Assembly: GCA_964016885.1 (NCBI GenBank)
Contig: OZ024746.1
Location: 101,432,001-101,496,000 of the forward strand
Origin: Eledone cirrhosa
Lineage: Eukaryota
Length of the DNA: 64,000 nucleotides
Reading direction: 5' to 3'
The notes below the pieces were generated by a model. That model was not told where the DNA came from and searched no databases. It worked only from the letters and a program-made list of their open reading frames with translations. Shown in pieces: positions 1 to 12,354 of the stretch. A program made the translations under genes and the position numbers. Position 1 is the stretch's first letter. Every line of letters starts with the position of its first letter.

Positions 1-434
1 TTATAACTAAAACAAAATTATTAACAGTTTATACTATATCTTAAATAACATGTGAAAAACGGAACCTCTACACTAGTTGCTTGACCTACTTGAAATAGCA
101 ACCAAATCTCCCTCATGCTGTCTTTTAAAGGGAAGCAGGTGTAAATAGCAACCAAATGTCCACTCTGCTGTCTTGTAAAAGGAAGCAGGTGTTAGATAGT
201 CCTAGATATACAAAAAACAAAAACAAAAAAAAACAGTGATGACAGCTGGAATGTCTTTAATTATAGGTGTGCCTAATTAAGGCTGACTTAGGTTTAAACA
301 ATATAATTGAAACGAATGATTTTAGTAGATGGAAGGGTTAGACAATTCCAACAGTAGAATAAGTTTTATGCGATGAGAAGTTAACATTTCCTTTGTTTCC
401 AAAAAATGTTTTTCTTTTTTTACTGTTTAATCAG

Positions 435-881
435 AGAGGGAACGACCATTTGTTTTTTTAAGGTACCCAAGGTTTGTGGTAAGAGAGGGAAGGACTGTTT
501 GTTTTTTCAGGGCACCCAAGGCTGATGGTAAGAGAGGGAAGGACCGTTTGTTTTTTCAGGGCTCCCAAGGTAAGAGAGGGAAGGACTGTTTGTTTTTTCA
601 GGGCACCCAAGGTAAGAGAGGGAAGGACTGTTTGTTTTTTCAGGGCACCCAAGGCTGATGGTAAGAGAGGGAAGGACCGTTTGTTTTTTCAGGGCACCCA
701 AGGTAAGAGAGGGAAGGACTGTTTGTTTTTTCAGGGCACCCAAGGTAAGAGAGGGAAGGACCGTTTGTTTTTTCAGGGCTCCCAAGGTAAGAGAGGGAAG
801 GACCGTTTGTTTTTTCAGGGCTCCCAAGGTAAGAGAGGGAAGGACTGTTTGTTTTTTCAGGGCTCCCAAGGCTGATGGTAA
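435..881. repeat. Minisatellite, ~42 bp unit (some with a 7-bp gctgatg insert), ~10 copies
   Basis: Repeated ggtaagagagggaaggacYgtttgttttttcagggcWcccaa; explains the ORFs at 458-956. Confidence 0.95.
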
Positions 882-1304
882 GAAGTTATCACTAAACTGG
901 AGACTTAATGTGATTGCACTAGAGAATGGATCCTGGTAAAGACACCTGATGATCAAGTAATGATGTTAAACTGGATAACAAATTAACTCTATGACCCACA
1001 CACTCAGAATGCAAAGAATTAGAACAAATACTGCAAAGCATCTCACCTGATACTCTAACAATTTCAATGATCTACTGCCCTCGACTGGTACTTCATATTA
1101 TGAGTTCCAAAAGTTTGAAAAGCAAAGTTGATCTCTTCAAGTTAACTTAGAGCACAGAGTTCCAGAACAACCCCACAAGGTATTTTGTTCTCCACTTTGC
1201 TGGTTTACTGCCTCGGACTTCTTTAATTCTTCATAGCACAAAATATATTTACCTCAACTACTCTATTTTTATCACTTTTTGCTGCTGCACACATCACTAA
1301 TTTC

Positions 1305-1715
1305 CCCACATGGGAAACATGGACCTTATCTGTTCGTCTTGAAAGACAGCTGAATGGAGCATATACAAATCTGCTCAGAAGAATCAAAAACATAAGTTGG
1401 AGATCACACGCAACACTTGAAACCATCTATGGAGATTTGTTTCCAATATCCCTCAGACTCAAGCAAAAAAAGACTACAGTTTGCTGGTTACTGTCATCGA
1501 GCTGACAAAGAAATCATTTCATCTCTCCTTCCGTGGCATCTCTCTCGATGTATCTATACACGAAAACTGACTTTCCCAGACACCATAGCTCGGGATTCAG
1601 GGTTGGACATAAGGGATCTGGGGACAACAATGCAGGACTGAACAGTGTGGAAAGGGATTATCAAGAGAGTTCCAACTGCCCGCAGAGGAGTGAAAGGATG
1701 ATTATGATGAATTTC
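1305..1715 (+). mobile_element. Degraded 3' fragment of an RTE-like LINE
   Basis: Translates with frameshifts to ETWTLSVRLERQLNGAYTNLLRRIKNISW...RLQFAGYCHRADKEIISSLL.W...LTFPDTIARDSG; short ATG-repeat tail. Confidence 0.75.
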
Positions 1716-3874
1716 TAATGAAAGGTTGTCTTTCACAAATACTCATCAAAACTCTATTACAATGATCAAAGGAGCATTTTCAATGGACTTTATTTCTATG
1801 CAACAGCCTAACACACAAACTCTCTCTGTCTCTCTCACTCTCTCACACACACAGACAGACACAGACACAGACACACACACACACACAGACACACTTATCA
1901 GCAAAAGTGCTAATTTGATTCAGTTACACTAAGCTGCTAATCATGGTGGAAAGTGTGAAAGTTCTGTCTCTATTGTGAATAAATTAAAATCCATGTTTGC
2001 TGTGAGTAGGGGATTATAACTCCATCAATTGTCTTTAACAGATGAGGATTTACAAAGTTAATATTATTGTTTCAAATGTTACACACCCTGCCCCATAACC
2101 CACTAAGCTCTTATTACAGTTGACACTGTCAAGACCAGCTTTCAACTATATTTGAAATGTTACATGCTGTAAGAAGATACAGCTGTCAATGGAATTTAAA
2201 GCTCAACTACTATAACTAAGTTTATCAACTCCATTTGTCTTCTTATAGATAACGATGATAATTATAATGACAACATCAATGATGATGTGGAGGAGAAGGA
2301 GGAGGAGGATATCATAATCTTAATGGCGGTGATGTTCAACAAGAAAATAATAGTTATAGCTTCTGCTGTTTCTTAGAATGATCTTCAAAGTAATGTGTTT
2401 TGTCTAAGGATACAAGACAAAAGACTGGTATTTGGAACAAGAAAACCCATGATGAATTTTTAAGTGCAGACATTTCACAGGCTGGGCCATTAAAAAAATT
2501 ATAAATGAACTTATTAGATCTGAAGGCTTTATTTTCTCACAGTCTAACAATGCTGACAAAACTGGTTAATGTGTGGCAGTGTTCCTGAAAATACTGTGGT
2601 CAACAAACATGAACCTAACCATAACCCTGGTTGTACATTAAAATAAATAGTGAATTTCTGTCTTATTATCTACAAATGCTAGTAGCTTACATTATTGGAA
2701 ATCCAATGTAATAGGGAAATTAAAGAAACTATGTATCCTTAAAGACATTATAATTAGCTGTAACATAGATTATTATCTGGCTGACTTTGTTCCTAATGCC
2801 AGATAGTTTCAGACAGCTTTTCTGAAGATTTCCCTCTTGACAATGCTTCTAATCACCCCAATGCTGATAAGTTAGAGACAACTTTTCTATGTCTAGATAT
2901 TGAGTGTTCTGTGTTTATTGTGGTACCAACACTAAGGTGGTTGACATGTCTTTCACAGCTTCTTCTTGACATATGACATAGAGAGGCTGGTCGAGACTGT
3001 TGAGCCAGATCATGGCATCATTTGCAGCATTATGGATTGCATCCAGGCTGCCAGAGTCCTCTTGATATTTTGGTTGGCAAGTTTTCTATGACTGGATGTC
3101 ATTTCTATCATCAACCACTCTACAGAGTCTACTGAGTATGTTTATAGTGTAAATCACCAATAATAGGTGATTGACATGATAAACACACCCAGTACACTCT
3201 GTAAAGTGGTTGGTGACAGGAAGAACATTTACGTAATAAATGAACACATATTAATATCTTTAGCCAAAATATGGCAGTGGATTGGTAGAATTGGTAGGGC
3301 ATTGGACAAAATGTATTGTAGCATTTAGTGATGTTACTTTACATTCTCAGCTGAAATCTTGCTGAGGTTGATAAAATAAGCATGGGGTACAATTTAAGTG
3401 ATTATACCCTTCCAAATATATGGCTATTTGCTCATACTAGAAATTAATAAAGTAAGAGCTGAAATCTAAAGAGACTGATGGTGGTCCGTGTTGACCAAAG
3501 TTAATCCATGAAATTAGAATGAGTTGATTTGCTATGAGGAGTGAGAAGTCTAATGTTTTGGACACTTATCTTTTTTGTAGAGAAAGAATAGAAAAGTTGA
3601 TAAGAACACCACAGAAAAATGAATAGAAATTAGCTATAAAATGTGAAATAGATATTAGGTGGAAATTGGCAGAATTGTTAGAGCACTGTCATATTTATTT
3701 TACTTCCTTGCATTCTGAGTTCAAATCCTTCCAAAGTCAATTTTGGTTTTCATGCTTCCATAATCAATAAATAAAATATCAAACTAGAGTAAAGAATTGG
3801 TAGACAGTCAGGCAGAATGCCTTGTGGTACTTGTTCCAGCTCTTTGAATTCTTTGAGTTCCTGCTGTCACCTAC

Positions 3875-4027
3875 TTGGAAGATAGATATAACACATTGCT
3901 TGGTTTTACACTGCTACAAGATACTGGAAGGCCTTTAACAGAATCCAGTCTGTTACAAACACTGGGGCCAAGCTTCTGGTTTGAGGATATTATACTCCTT
4001 TGCTCCATGACCCTATCCATGAAGGCC
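3875..4027 (-). CDS. Probable downstream exon of the same host gene (spectrin-like region after Sec14)
   Basis: ctatccAG acceptor and GTaggt donor; 153 nt open, phase 2 to phase 2. Encodes AFMDRVMEQRSIISSNQKLGPSVCNRLDSVKGLPVSCSSVKPSNVLYLSS, with loose similarity to the PLEKHG4-like M..VLE...L.S....G..V..RL segment. The intervening exons were not found. Confidence 0.5.
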
Positions 4028-4123
4028 CTGGATAGGGTCATAGACACTTTATTTTCAATAAGTAATAAAAGAATATATTTATAAACTAGTATTAGTAAAT
4101 ATTCCTGAACATAACATATACGT

Positions 4124-4312
4124 GAAAGAAATATTGGAATATGGGAATAATTTCAGACTAACACAGAGTGAAATATTGGAAGATGAGAATAATTTCAGAC
4201 TAACACAGAGTGAAATATTGGCAGATGAGAATAATTTCAGACTAACACAGAGTGAAATATTGGAAGATGAGAATAATTTCAGACTAACACAGAGTGAAAT
4301 ATTGGAATATGA
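4124..4312. repeat. 42-bp tandem repeat, ~4.5 copies
   Basis: gaaatattggaagatgagaataatttcagactaacacagagt repeated. Confidence 0.95.
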
Positions 4313-4952
4313 AAACATCACATTTTCAATGACTTCCTATAATGCCACAAGTTTCAGCATGTGGAAATATTTAAAATAAATAACAGAAACCTAGCAAAAT
4401 TAATTAATCAATTAAGATTTAATTATAATACAAAGATAATACCTTTTACTTAGGAAAGTGCTTACATATGTGTGGGTGTTCGGATGTAATAAATTCATAA
4501 GATATGTTACATAATAAACAACACTGGTGTGTCATAAATAGAAACATGTACCCATATATGCATACACACACATATGTACATATATTTATATATGTACATA
4601 TACAAAATATAAAACTATCAAATTTTTGTTTAATGCATTTAATTACTGATGATCGTTTCTTCCAGACAAATGTCTGGAATTATCAGAGCATACACAATGT
4701 TTAAACAGGTAATTACATTCCTAGTCTTTAGAACATTCATTAAGATACATTATTATTAACAGTGTCAGTAACATCATATTGAAAAACAACACATTTCTGC
4801 TCTATAATACATCTGATAATTTACATTGAGCTAATTTTCTTACTTGTAATTGGGTAATACAAAATATTACCCTTTTGCATTTATAATTGTATATAGATTA
4901 TATATATAAGTATAAATACTATTATTATTATATGTACAAAGCAGCATACAGA

Positions 4953-5048
4953 TTTACCCAGTTTGATAAAGTGGTATTTTACCTTTACCCAGTTTGATAA
5001 AGTGGTATTTTACCTTTACCCAGTTTGATAAGGTGGTATTTTACCTTT
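4953..5048. repeat. ~31-bp tandem repeat, 3 copies
   Basis: tttacccagtttgataaagtggtattttacc repeated. Confidence 0.9.
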
Positions 5049-5294
5049 CTATATTGAAACCCTCCTGCTGAAGACTTTGAGAAACAAGACACTAGGACCA
5101 GCAATGTTCATATCAAGTTTTCCAATAGTTAAATTGATAAACTTTCACATTTGCTAGCAGACATAGCTTCTATCTTTGTACAAGTTATTGAATGTGTATT
5201 GATTATTTTATACCAAACCATATTTTTCTTTTTCAATTAAAATAATTCTAAAATAAGCTGTGGTAGCTTTTTATTAAACATATTTTCTTAGTAA

Positions 5295-5540
5295 TTAACC
5301 CCCTTCTCCTCCTCCTTCACCCTGAGAGGGTTTTGGAGGCAGAGTCCTCAAACACTCCTTCCAGCAGGCCCTGTCAGAAGCAACCGTCTCCAACTGATCC
5401 AGCTGGATCCCCAAGTGAGACCAACCAAGATCATCTACCCCCGGGTCTCCTACCTGTTGGTTTTGCCCATAAAATCTGCCCAGTGATTCTTTCCTGAGAT
5501 ATTCTAACCACATGGCCATAGTATTGGAGCTGTGATTTCA
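5295..5540 (-). mobile_element. 3' end fragment of an RTE/Expander-like LINE
   Basis: Minus-strand QLQYYGHVVRISQE...WSHLGIQLDQLETVASDRACWKECLRTLPPKP; homologous to 40700-40990. Confidence 0.75.
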
Positions 5541-5938
5541 CAATGCCAAAAATATTTAATTATACTTTTAGACAAAACACAATTTATTTGTCTCAATCAG
5601 CTTAAAATACCTGGGGTTTTAGGGCCTCCATAAGTTGAGAGGGGGTGGGTGAGCTCAGACCCCCCTCCCCCCACTTTATTCCTGAACCACTAATACTATG
5701 ACAATGAAACTTGGCCCATGTACAGACGATTGATTGACATTTATTGCTACATAAAAAATTTTGCAGACGTCAGGATTTTTCTGATGACGTCATCAGTTGT
5801 ACCAAGATGTCTTATAATTTAGTACTTTACAGACTTTAAAGACTTGTCCTCAATAGAACTACTGAGACAATAATATCTGCATATGCACCACAGTCCGGAC
5901 TGCCTGGCGTTATAAAAGACAGATTCTATGAGACGTTA

Positions 5939-6849
5939 ATGCTCACTACCTCCCAAATAACCGACAGTGACTACATAGTTATCGCTGGCGACCTAAATGG
6001 TCACCTTGGACAACATTATGACGGCTATGATGGAAACCATGGAGGCTATGGGTTTGGTACTAGAAATGAGGAAGGCTCCAGAATCCTGGAATTCTGTGAC
6101 ACAAATAACCTAACTATCTGTAACACTAACTTCAAAAAACGAGACAATCACTTGATCACCTATAGGAAACGTGACAGAGTGTCTGTTGTAAACACTAAAT
6201 CCCTCCCCCATGAAGAATGCACCTCTCAACATAGACTCATAATTAGCGACCTCATGGTCAGGACGAGACGTACTCGACAACAGAAGAGGACTATCCTCAG
6301 GAGAAAAATATGGAAGTTAAAAGACCCCACAGCCAGTAATAAATTTAAAAGCATATTACTTGATGCTTTTGATAGTAAGGAAGAGCAATTAGAGTCGTAC
6401 AATATAGAGGAACAGTGGGAATTCCTGAAAGCTAACCTGCTGAAGGCGACAGATGAAACCTGTGGCTGGAGCAGACCTATAGGCAGGAGGAGAGTAACTT
6501 GGTGGTGGAACAGTAAGGTGGAGGGGTCAATCAAGACCAAAAAGCAGGCTTGGAAAGCATGGCGGGATGGGGGAAGTAGAGAAGACTATCAAGTGGCCAG
6601 GAGAGAAGCTAGGTGACAAGTGTACTTTGCAAGAAGGGAAGCAGAGGAAAGAAAGTTCAAGCATGTTCTACAACGCGAGGACCAAAAAACGTGAGGTGTT
6701 CAGGATTGCTAGGAAATGTGTCAAGGAAAACAGTGATATTGTCGGGGAGAAGTGTGTCCGTAATGATGATGGTGCACTTGCCATCACTGACGCTGATAAG
6801 AAGGAAGCTTGGAAGTGTCACTACGAAGGCTACTAAATGAGGAGAATAA
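5939..6849 (+). pseudogene. Disrupted endonuclease/linker portion of the RTE ORF
   Basis: GDLNGH, RNEEGSRILEFC, SQHRLI and WWWN motifs; the IDY motif appears deleted after ITYR; frameshifts split the reading frame. Confidence 0.85.
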
Positions 6850-8559
6850 TTGGGAGAAAGACAGTCTCCCCACATCGACCCAATAGAGGGACCAGCAGTG
6901 CTAGTTGAAGGTAGTATAATAAGTAAGGCGATCAAAGACATGAAGACGGGCAAGGCGGCTGGGCTTTCGGAAATAGTTGCTGAAATGCTGAAAGCATCTG
7001 GAATGGTAGGACACACTATGGTCACCCGGATAGTAAACCAAGTCATACAGAATGGGGTCGTTCCGAAGGACTGGTGCAGCAGCCTCATCATTAACTGCTA
7101 CAAGGGTAAAGGTGATGCCCTAGATAGGGGAAACTATAGAGAAATTAAATTAATTGACCAGGTCATGAAGGTCACAGAAAAAGTAATAGCGCAACTAATC
7201 AGAGAGCGAATTGATCTAGACGAAATGCAGTTCGGGTTTGTGTCAGGTAAAAGTACAACAGACGCTCTCTTCATTGTACGACAACTACAGGAGAAGTACC
7301 TAGCAAAAAGTAAACCCCTATACTTAGCCTTTGTTGACTTGGAGAAAGCCTTTGACAGAGTACCCCGCTCGATTATCTGGTGGGCCCTTAGAAAAGTAGG
7401 TGTTGATGAATGGCTTGTGAGAGCTATACAAGCTATATATAAAGAAACAGTCAGCAAGGTTAGAATTAACAACGAATATAGTGAAGAGTTTAGCGTAAAA
7501 GTTGGTGTTCATCAGGGCTCCGTCCTTAGCCCCCTACTATTTATTATTGCCCTTCAGGCTATAACAGAGGAGTTCAAGACCGGCTCCCCATGGGAACTCC
7601 TATATGCAGATGATCTAACGCTCATAGCTGAATCAATGGCGGAACTAGAGAAGAAATTCCAAACATGGAAGCATGGCCTAGAATCAAAAGGCCTTAAAGT
7701 TAACTTGTCTAAGACTAAAGTTCTAGTTTGTAGGAAGGAAAATAGGGCACCGATCCCATCTGGGAAATGGCCATGCTCAGTGTGTAAGAAAGGAGTAGGC
7801 AGAAACTACATTTTATGTCCCAAATGCAAAGTATGGGTGCATAAAAGATGTAGTGGGATCACAGGTAAGCTGACTAAGAATATAGATTATATATGTGGCC
7901 GGTGCTCAGGTGCAATAAGTAGCAGCAAGTGCCCACAGAATACTAGCTCATTCCATTGCACAGATGGTTCTATAGAAATAGTGGACAGCTTCCGTTACCT
8001 GGGTGACAAAATCAGCAGTGAGGGAGGGCGCTCTGAAAGTACAGTAGCTAGAGTCAGAATGGGATGGAAAAAGTTCAGAGAGCTTATACCACTATTGGCT
8101 GCTAAAGGGTTCTATCTAAAAATGAAAGGCAGGCTGTATGATGCCTGCATACGAACAGCAATGTTACATGGCAGTGAGACCTGGGCATTGTGTGCAGAAG
8201 ATATACGCAGACTGGAGAGGAACAAAGCTTGCATGCTCTGCTGGATGTGTAATAGTAATATACGTGATCGGCAAAGCAAAAACGAACTAAGGGAGAAATT
8301 AGGAATAAGAGGGATCAGATGTTGTTTACTCGAGAGAAGACTACATTGGTATGGTCACGTGATGCGCATGAAAGACGACAGCTGTATAAAAAAGTGCAGG
8401 ACGATAAAAATAGACGGTAGCCACGGAGTAGGCAGACCCAGAAAATCCTGGGACGACTTGATAAATTCTGACCTCACACACTTACACCTCTCCAAGACAA
8501 TGTCACTGGACCGAGATCTTTGGCGCTACATAGTCATACAGAAGACCCGCCTTACCTAA
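6850..8559 (+). CDS. RTE reverse transcriptase with inserted C4HC3 PHD finger (uninterrupted 569-codon segment)
   Basis: Complete RT motif set with YADD; CSVC-x10-CPKC-x4-H-x2-C-x14-CGRC at 7774-7905; C-terminal RLHWYGHVMRM and GRPRKSW typical of RTE. Confidence 0.9.
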   Translation: MGERQSPHIDPIEGPAVLVEGSIISKAIKDMKTGKAAGLSEIVAEMLKASGMVGHTMVTRIVNQVIQNGVVPKDWCSSLIINCYKGKGDALDRGNYREIKLIDQVMKVTEKVIAQLIRERIDLDEMQFGFVSGKSTTDALFIVRQLQEKYLAKSKPLYLAFVDLEKAFDRVPRSIIWWALRKVGVDEWLVRAIQAIYKETVSKVRINNEYSEEFSVKVGVHQGSVLSPLLFIIALQAITEEFKTGSPWELLYADDLTLIAESMAELEKKFQTWKHGLESKGLKVNLSKTKVLVCRKENRAPIPSGKWPCSVCKKGVGRNYILCPKCKVWVHKRCSGITGKLTKNIDYICGRCSGAISSSKCPQNTSSFHCTDGSIEIVDSFRYLGDKISSEGGRSESTVARVRMGWKKFRELIPLLAAKGFYLKMKGRLYDACIRTAMLHGSETWALCAEDIRRLERNKACMLCWMCNSNIRDRQSKNELREKLGIRGIRCCLLERRLHWYGHVMRMKDDSCIKKCRTIKIDGSHGVGRPRKSWDDLINSDLTHLHLSKTMSLDRDLWRYIVIQKTRLT

Positions 8560-8700
8560 GTACAAAGCGAAACCTACTACAGTCAGTAGGCACCTCTAAC
8601 AAAATACACCCCGTCCCACTACCCCCACCCCATCCACACCACCCCCTTAAATGTAAAATTATGTTGGTACCACAACATCCAGTCCGAAACAAATGAGGTC

Positions 8701-9256
8701 GTGTAGGTGTCACGACAAAAAAACACACAGTCCACGCTGTAATGTGGCCGTGTAGGTAACACGGTAAAAACCTCCCAGTCCACACTGTAAACGTGGTTGG
8801 TGTTAGGAAGGGCATCCAGCCGTAGAAAACCCGCCAGATGTGTAGGTGTCACGACAATAAAACACACAGTTCACGCTGTAATGTGGTTGTGTAGGTAACA
8901 CGGTAAAAACCTCCCAGTCCACACTGTAAACGTGGTTGGTGTTAGGAAGGGCATCCAGCCGTAGAAAACCCACAAGATGTGTAGGTGTCACGACAATAAA
9001 ACACACAGTCCATGCTGTAATGTGGCTGTGTAGGTAACACGGTAAAAACCTCCCAGTCCACACTGTAAACGTGGTTGGTGTTAGGAAGGGCATCCAGCCG
9101 TAGAAAACCCGCCAGATGTGTAGGTGTCACGACAATAAAACACACAGTCCACGCTGTAATGTGGCCGTGTAGGTAACACGGTAAAAACCTCCCAGTCCAC
9201 ACTGTAAACGTGGTTGGTGTTAGGAAGGGCATCCAGCCGTAGAAAACCCACCAGAC
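8701..9256 (+). repeat. Four tandem 139-bp units within the LINE 3' UTR
   Basis: gtgtaggtgtcacgacaa starts at 8701, 8840, 8979 and 9118. Confidence 0.95.
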
Positions 9257-9363
9257 AGTCCTGAGCAAGACAACCAATCTTGCCTCAAGTGGGACAATTC
9301 CCGTCCAGACCCATGCTAGCGTGGAAAATGGACGTTAAACGATGATGATGATGATGATGATGA

Positions 9364-9562
9364 TATATAGGTACTATATATATAGTACAAATATATAGGT
9401 ACTATATATAGGTACTATATATAGGTACTATATATAGGTACTATATATAGGTACTATATATAGGTACTATATATAGGTACTATATATAGGTACTATATAT
9501 AGGTACTATATATAGGTACTATATATAGGTACTATATATAGGTACTATATATAGAGAGGTAC
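9364..9562. repeat. 13-bp repeat (TATATAGGTACTA)n
   Basis: Direct inspection; immediately follows the LINE tail. Confidence 0.95.
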
Positions 9563-10029
9563 TGCAGTGTACCGCTCTTTTCCATGTTTGCTACTAAATG
9601 AAACAACAAAGCAATATCAATAATTTTGCAAAAGTAGATAAAAAAATTGTTGCCATGGTAAGAACATGGTTGTCAGGCAGCTGAAAATGTATTATTAGAT
9701 TGGTGATGTTATCTGGTGATATTGTTTTCATTACAAAGGCTAGAATCAAATTTTGTCACAAGAAAAATCAAAGAAATATCACAATTATGTTCGGCTCCTG
9801 CCATTTCTATGGCAACAAGGAAGTTTTAACAAAATCAGTTCTGTGAGCATTTAACATGAGACATTTTAGGAAAGACACCAAATTTCAGATTAAAATCTGC
9901 TTCATTCAAAAGTTAGACAAAAAAAAAACAAAACAAACAAAAAACATGGGGGAGGAATCTGAGAGTCCCCTCCTCCACCCATAATAGGGTTATCAGAAAA
10001 CATAAGTATTGTTTTCTCTAACTAGCTGA

Positions 10030-10192
10030 CAGACACTATGCTTTGCAGCATAGAGTTATTGCCATTTACGTTCTGGGTTCAAATCCCGCCGAGGTTAACT
10101 TTGCCATTCATTCTTACAGGGTCGATAAAATAAAGTACCAGTAATGCACCGGGGTAATTGGTGGCCTTGTGCCAAAAGTAGAAACAATTATT
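10030..10192 (+). mobile_element. tRNA-derived SINE copy
   Basis: B-box ggttcaaatcc followed by the conserved core ctttgccattcattcttacaggggtcgataaaataaagtaccag; matches 61733-61927. Confidence 0.85.
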
Positions 10193-10777
10193 ATATATGT
10201 ACTACATGAGAGTTATAAAACAATCTGCTTAAGTTTTTCTTTGCAGCCATGACACCCTTTTCCTTTTTGTATTTCTTTATTTTAATCCACATTCAGTACC
10301 ACATTATTCAATATTTTTCCATTTTTTTTAATGATGGAAGAAGGTGATATGTTAGGAATTTGGCTGCTATTTCTAACAGGTCAAGCAACCACGTAGAGGA
10401 TCCTTATTTGAAGAGAATTGAAATACAGAAAATAATAAATAAAAGCGATCTTAATGGCAGATTTAGAAAGAGAAGCCAAACCTTTATCTTTAAAACAACT
10501 AATTCTAAAAAAGATACAGACTCTTTCTTCAATAGATTCATAAAAAGAAATATATTCAAATTATTTTCTAGAAAATAATTTACTTTACACAAACAACTTT
10601 AAAGTAATCTAACTGAATTAATGTGTGGATGATACCATTGTAGGGGTACCATTATGGCTGATGGAGTGGATATGTGGAATTTAATGACATTTTCATACAC
10701 TGTGTTCTGAGAATAATTAACATATGATAGCCTTGACAATAGAAATAAACATTGTTATTTGAATTATATTAATATAT

Positions 10778-11085
10778 GAGAGATAGAGAGAGGGGGGAGG
10801 AGGCAGAGAGAGAGAGAGAGGGAAGCAGAGATAAAGAGAGAGGGAAGCAGAGAGACAGAGAGAGGGAAGTAGAGAAAGAGAGAGAGGGGGAATCAGAGAG
10901 AGAGAGGGAAGTAGAGAGATAGAGGGGAAAGCAGAGATAGAGAGGGGGAAGCAGAGAGAGATAGAGGGGGAAGAAGAGATAGAGAGAGGGAAGCAGAGAG
11001 AGAGAGGGGGAAGCAGAGAGAGAGAGGGAAGTAGAGATAGAGAGAGGGAAGCAGAGAAAGAGAGAAATACAAGAGAGAAAGAGAG
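10778..11085. repeat. Purine-rich (GA) low-complexity repeat
   Basis: agagagagggaagcagag variants. Confidence 0.9.
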
Positions 11086-12354
11086 TGTAAGAAAGACAGC
11101 CAGGCATCTTGAGAGTTGAACAAATAGTTTTATTGATAGAATGGTGACTCATATTCTGTGCCTGGGAAAATAATATCATTTCTAATGTCTTCAGAAATAT
11201 TTTCTGATATCAAAATATCTTTATTTCTTGTTAATTATTTTGGAATAAGCAGAACACTACAAAACTGTGGCGTTGGTATAAAAGTTTAATGGCTTGAAGT
11301 TCTACGTTCAAATCCCCACATGTTTATGTGAAAGCTAAATACCAGAGAGAGTGTGATACAAAGGAGATTTGGTTGTTATTTTAGCAAGTCAAGCAACCAT
11401 GTTGCAACTCTCTCATTGGCTCCTGTTGTTTGTCATAAAAATAATTGATGGCATCAAAGTCTTTATAGAAATAGAATAATCAACCAGATGAGTAATGAGA
11501 AGTTAACTCTGTCCTCTACTAAAACAACAGCATCATCACTGCATCACATTAAAGATTGAAGTCTACTTTAATGCTACAAATTTTCAGAATCATCTGACCA
11601 CTAGTAAAGGTCCTATAAACATTTGAATTAACAAATCTATTTTAAGATATTTTCAGCTAAATCATGACAGGGTGTTAAGAATTAAGATGAGCTTATAAAT
11701 TAATCCTTTTGATACCATCCCACCTGAAACTGTCTATTTCTTCTAGAATACAAAATCTCTAATTTTAAAGTTTAGAACTTTCTATCATACTTTTATATAA
11801 GAACTTTTTATTAAGTTCTGTTCAAAATATGTTATTAATGAAAACGTCAATTGTTTTACTAAATCCTTCCAAATTCTTGATTATTTTCAAAATTAATTGA
11901 AATACATGGACAGAGCCTTTCCTAAAACATACAGTAATGACAAGGTTAAGGAACTAGATCAGTGTATGTGTTGTTTGTATGATGTATAATTTAGTGCAGA
12001 TGATCTACCATTTCAACATGTCATTTAAAACTTTCACCAACTTTTATCAATGTGACATACATACAAGAGATATTTAAAAGGTTAAATCAAACTTATGACT
12101 GAAATACAAAAATAAAGTAGTTTAATTTTGTATAGAGTCACTGGTATCATTAATGTGGATGATAGGAGAATGGGTGAAAAAATCACAAGTTGATAGCAAA
12201 GAAATCAAGGCTGACATAATTTAGAGAGGGAATGGTAATGGGAAAATAAGTCAGAAGAAAAATATGTCTACATATAGAACACTTTACTAATAAAAATTCA
12301 ATCTAATTAATTCTTCATTTCAGATAGTAAACATGTGGAATGTATTTTGTTTAT

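Larger units (their letters stand above)
5851..9363 (+). mobile_element. 5'-truncated RTE-clade LINE (partial APE endonuclease, RT, PHD finger, 3' UTR, (GAT)n tail)
   Basis: ISAYAPQ and AGDLNGH endonuclease motifs; RT motifs QFGF, AFVDLEKAFDRV, GVHQGSVLSPLLF and LYADD; frameshifts near 6600-6850; ends in a (GAT)n tail at 9341-9364. Confidence 0.95.

Noticed and set aside
1968-2060. Minus-strand FVNPHLLKTIDGVIIPYSQQTWI, resembling the Sec14 C-terminal motif
   Set aside because: No donor before the stop codon, and the order is wrong relative to the 3875 exon; probably coincidence.
5620-9992. DNA transposon split by the RTE insertion (5620-5830 and 9560-9992)
   Set aside because: The ends are only loosely similar and no TSD could be identified, so support is insufficient.
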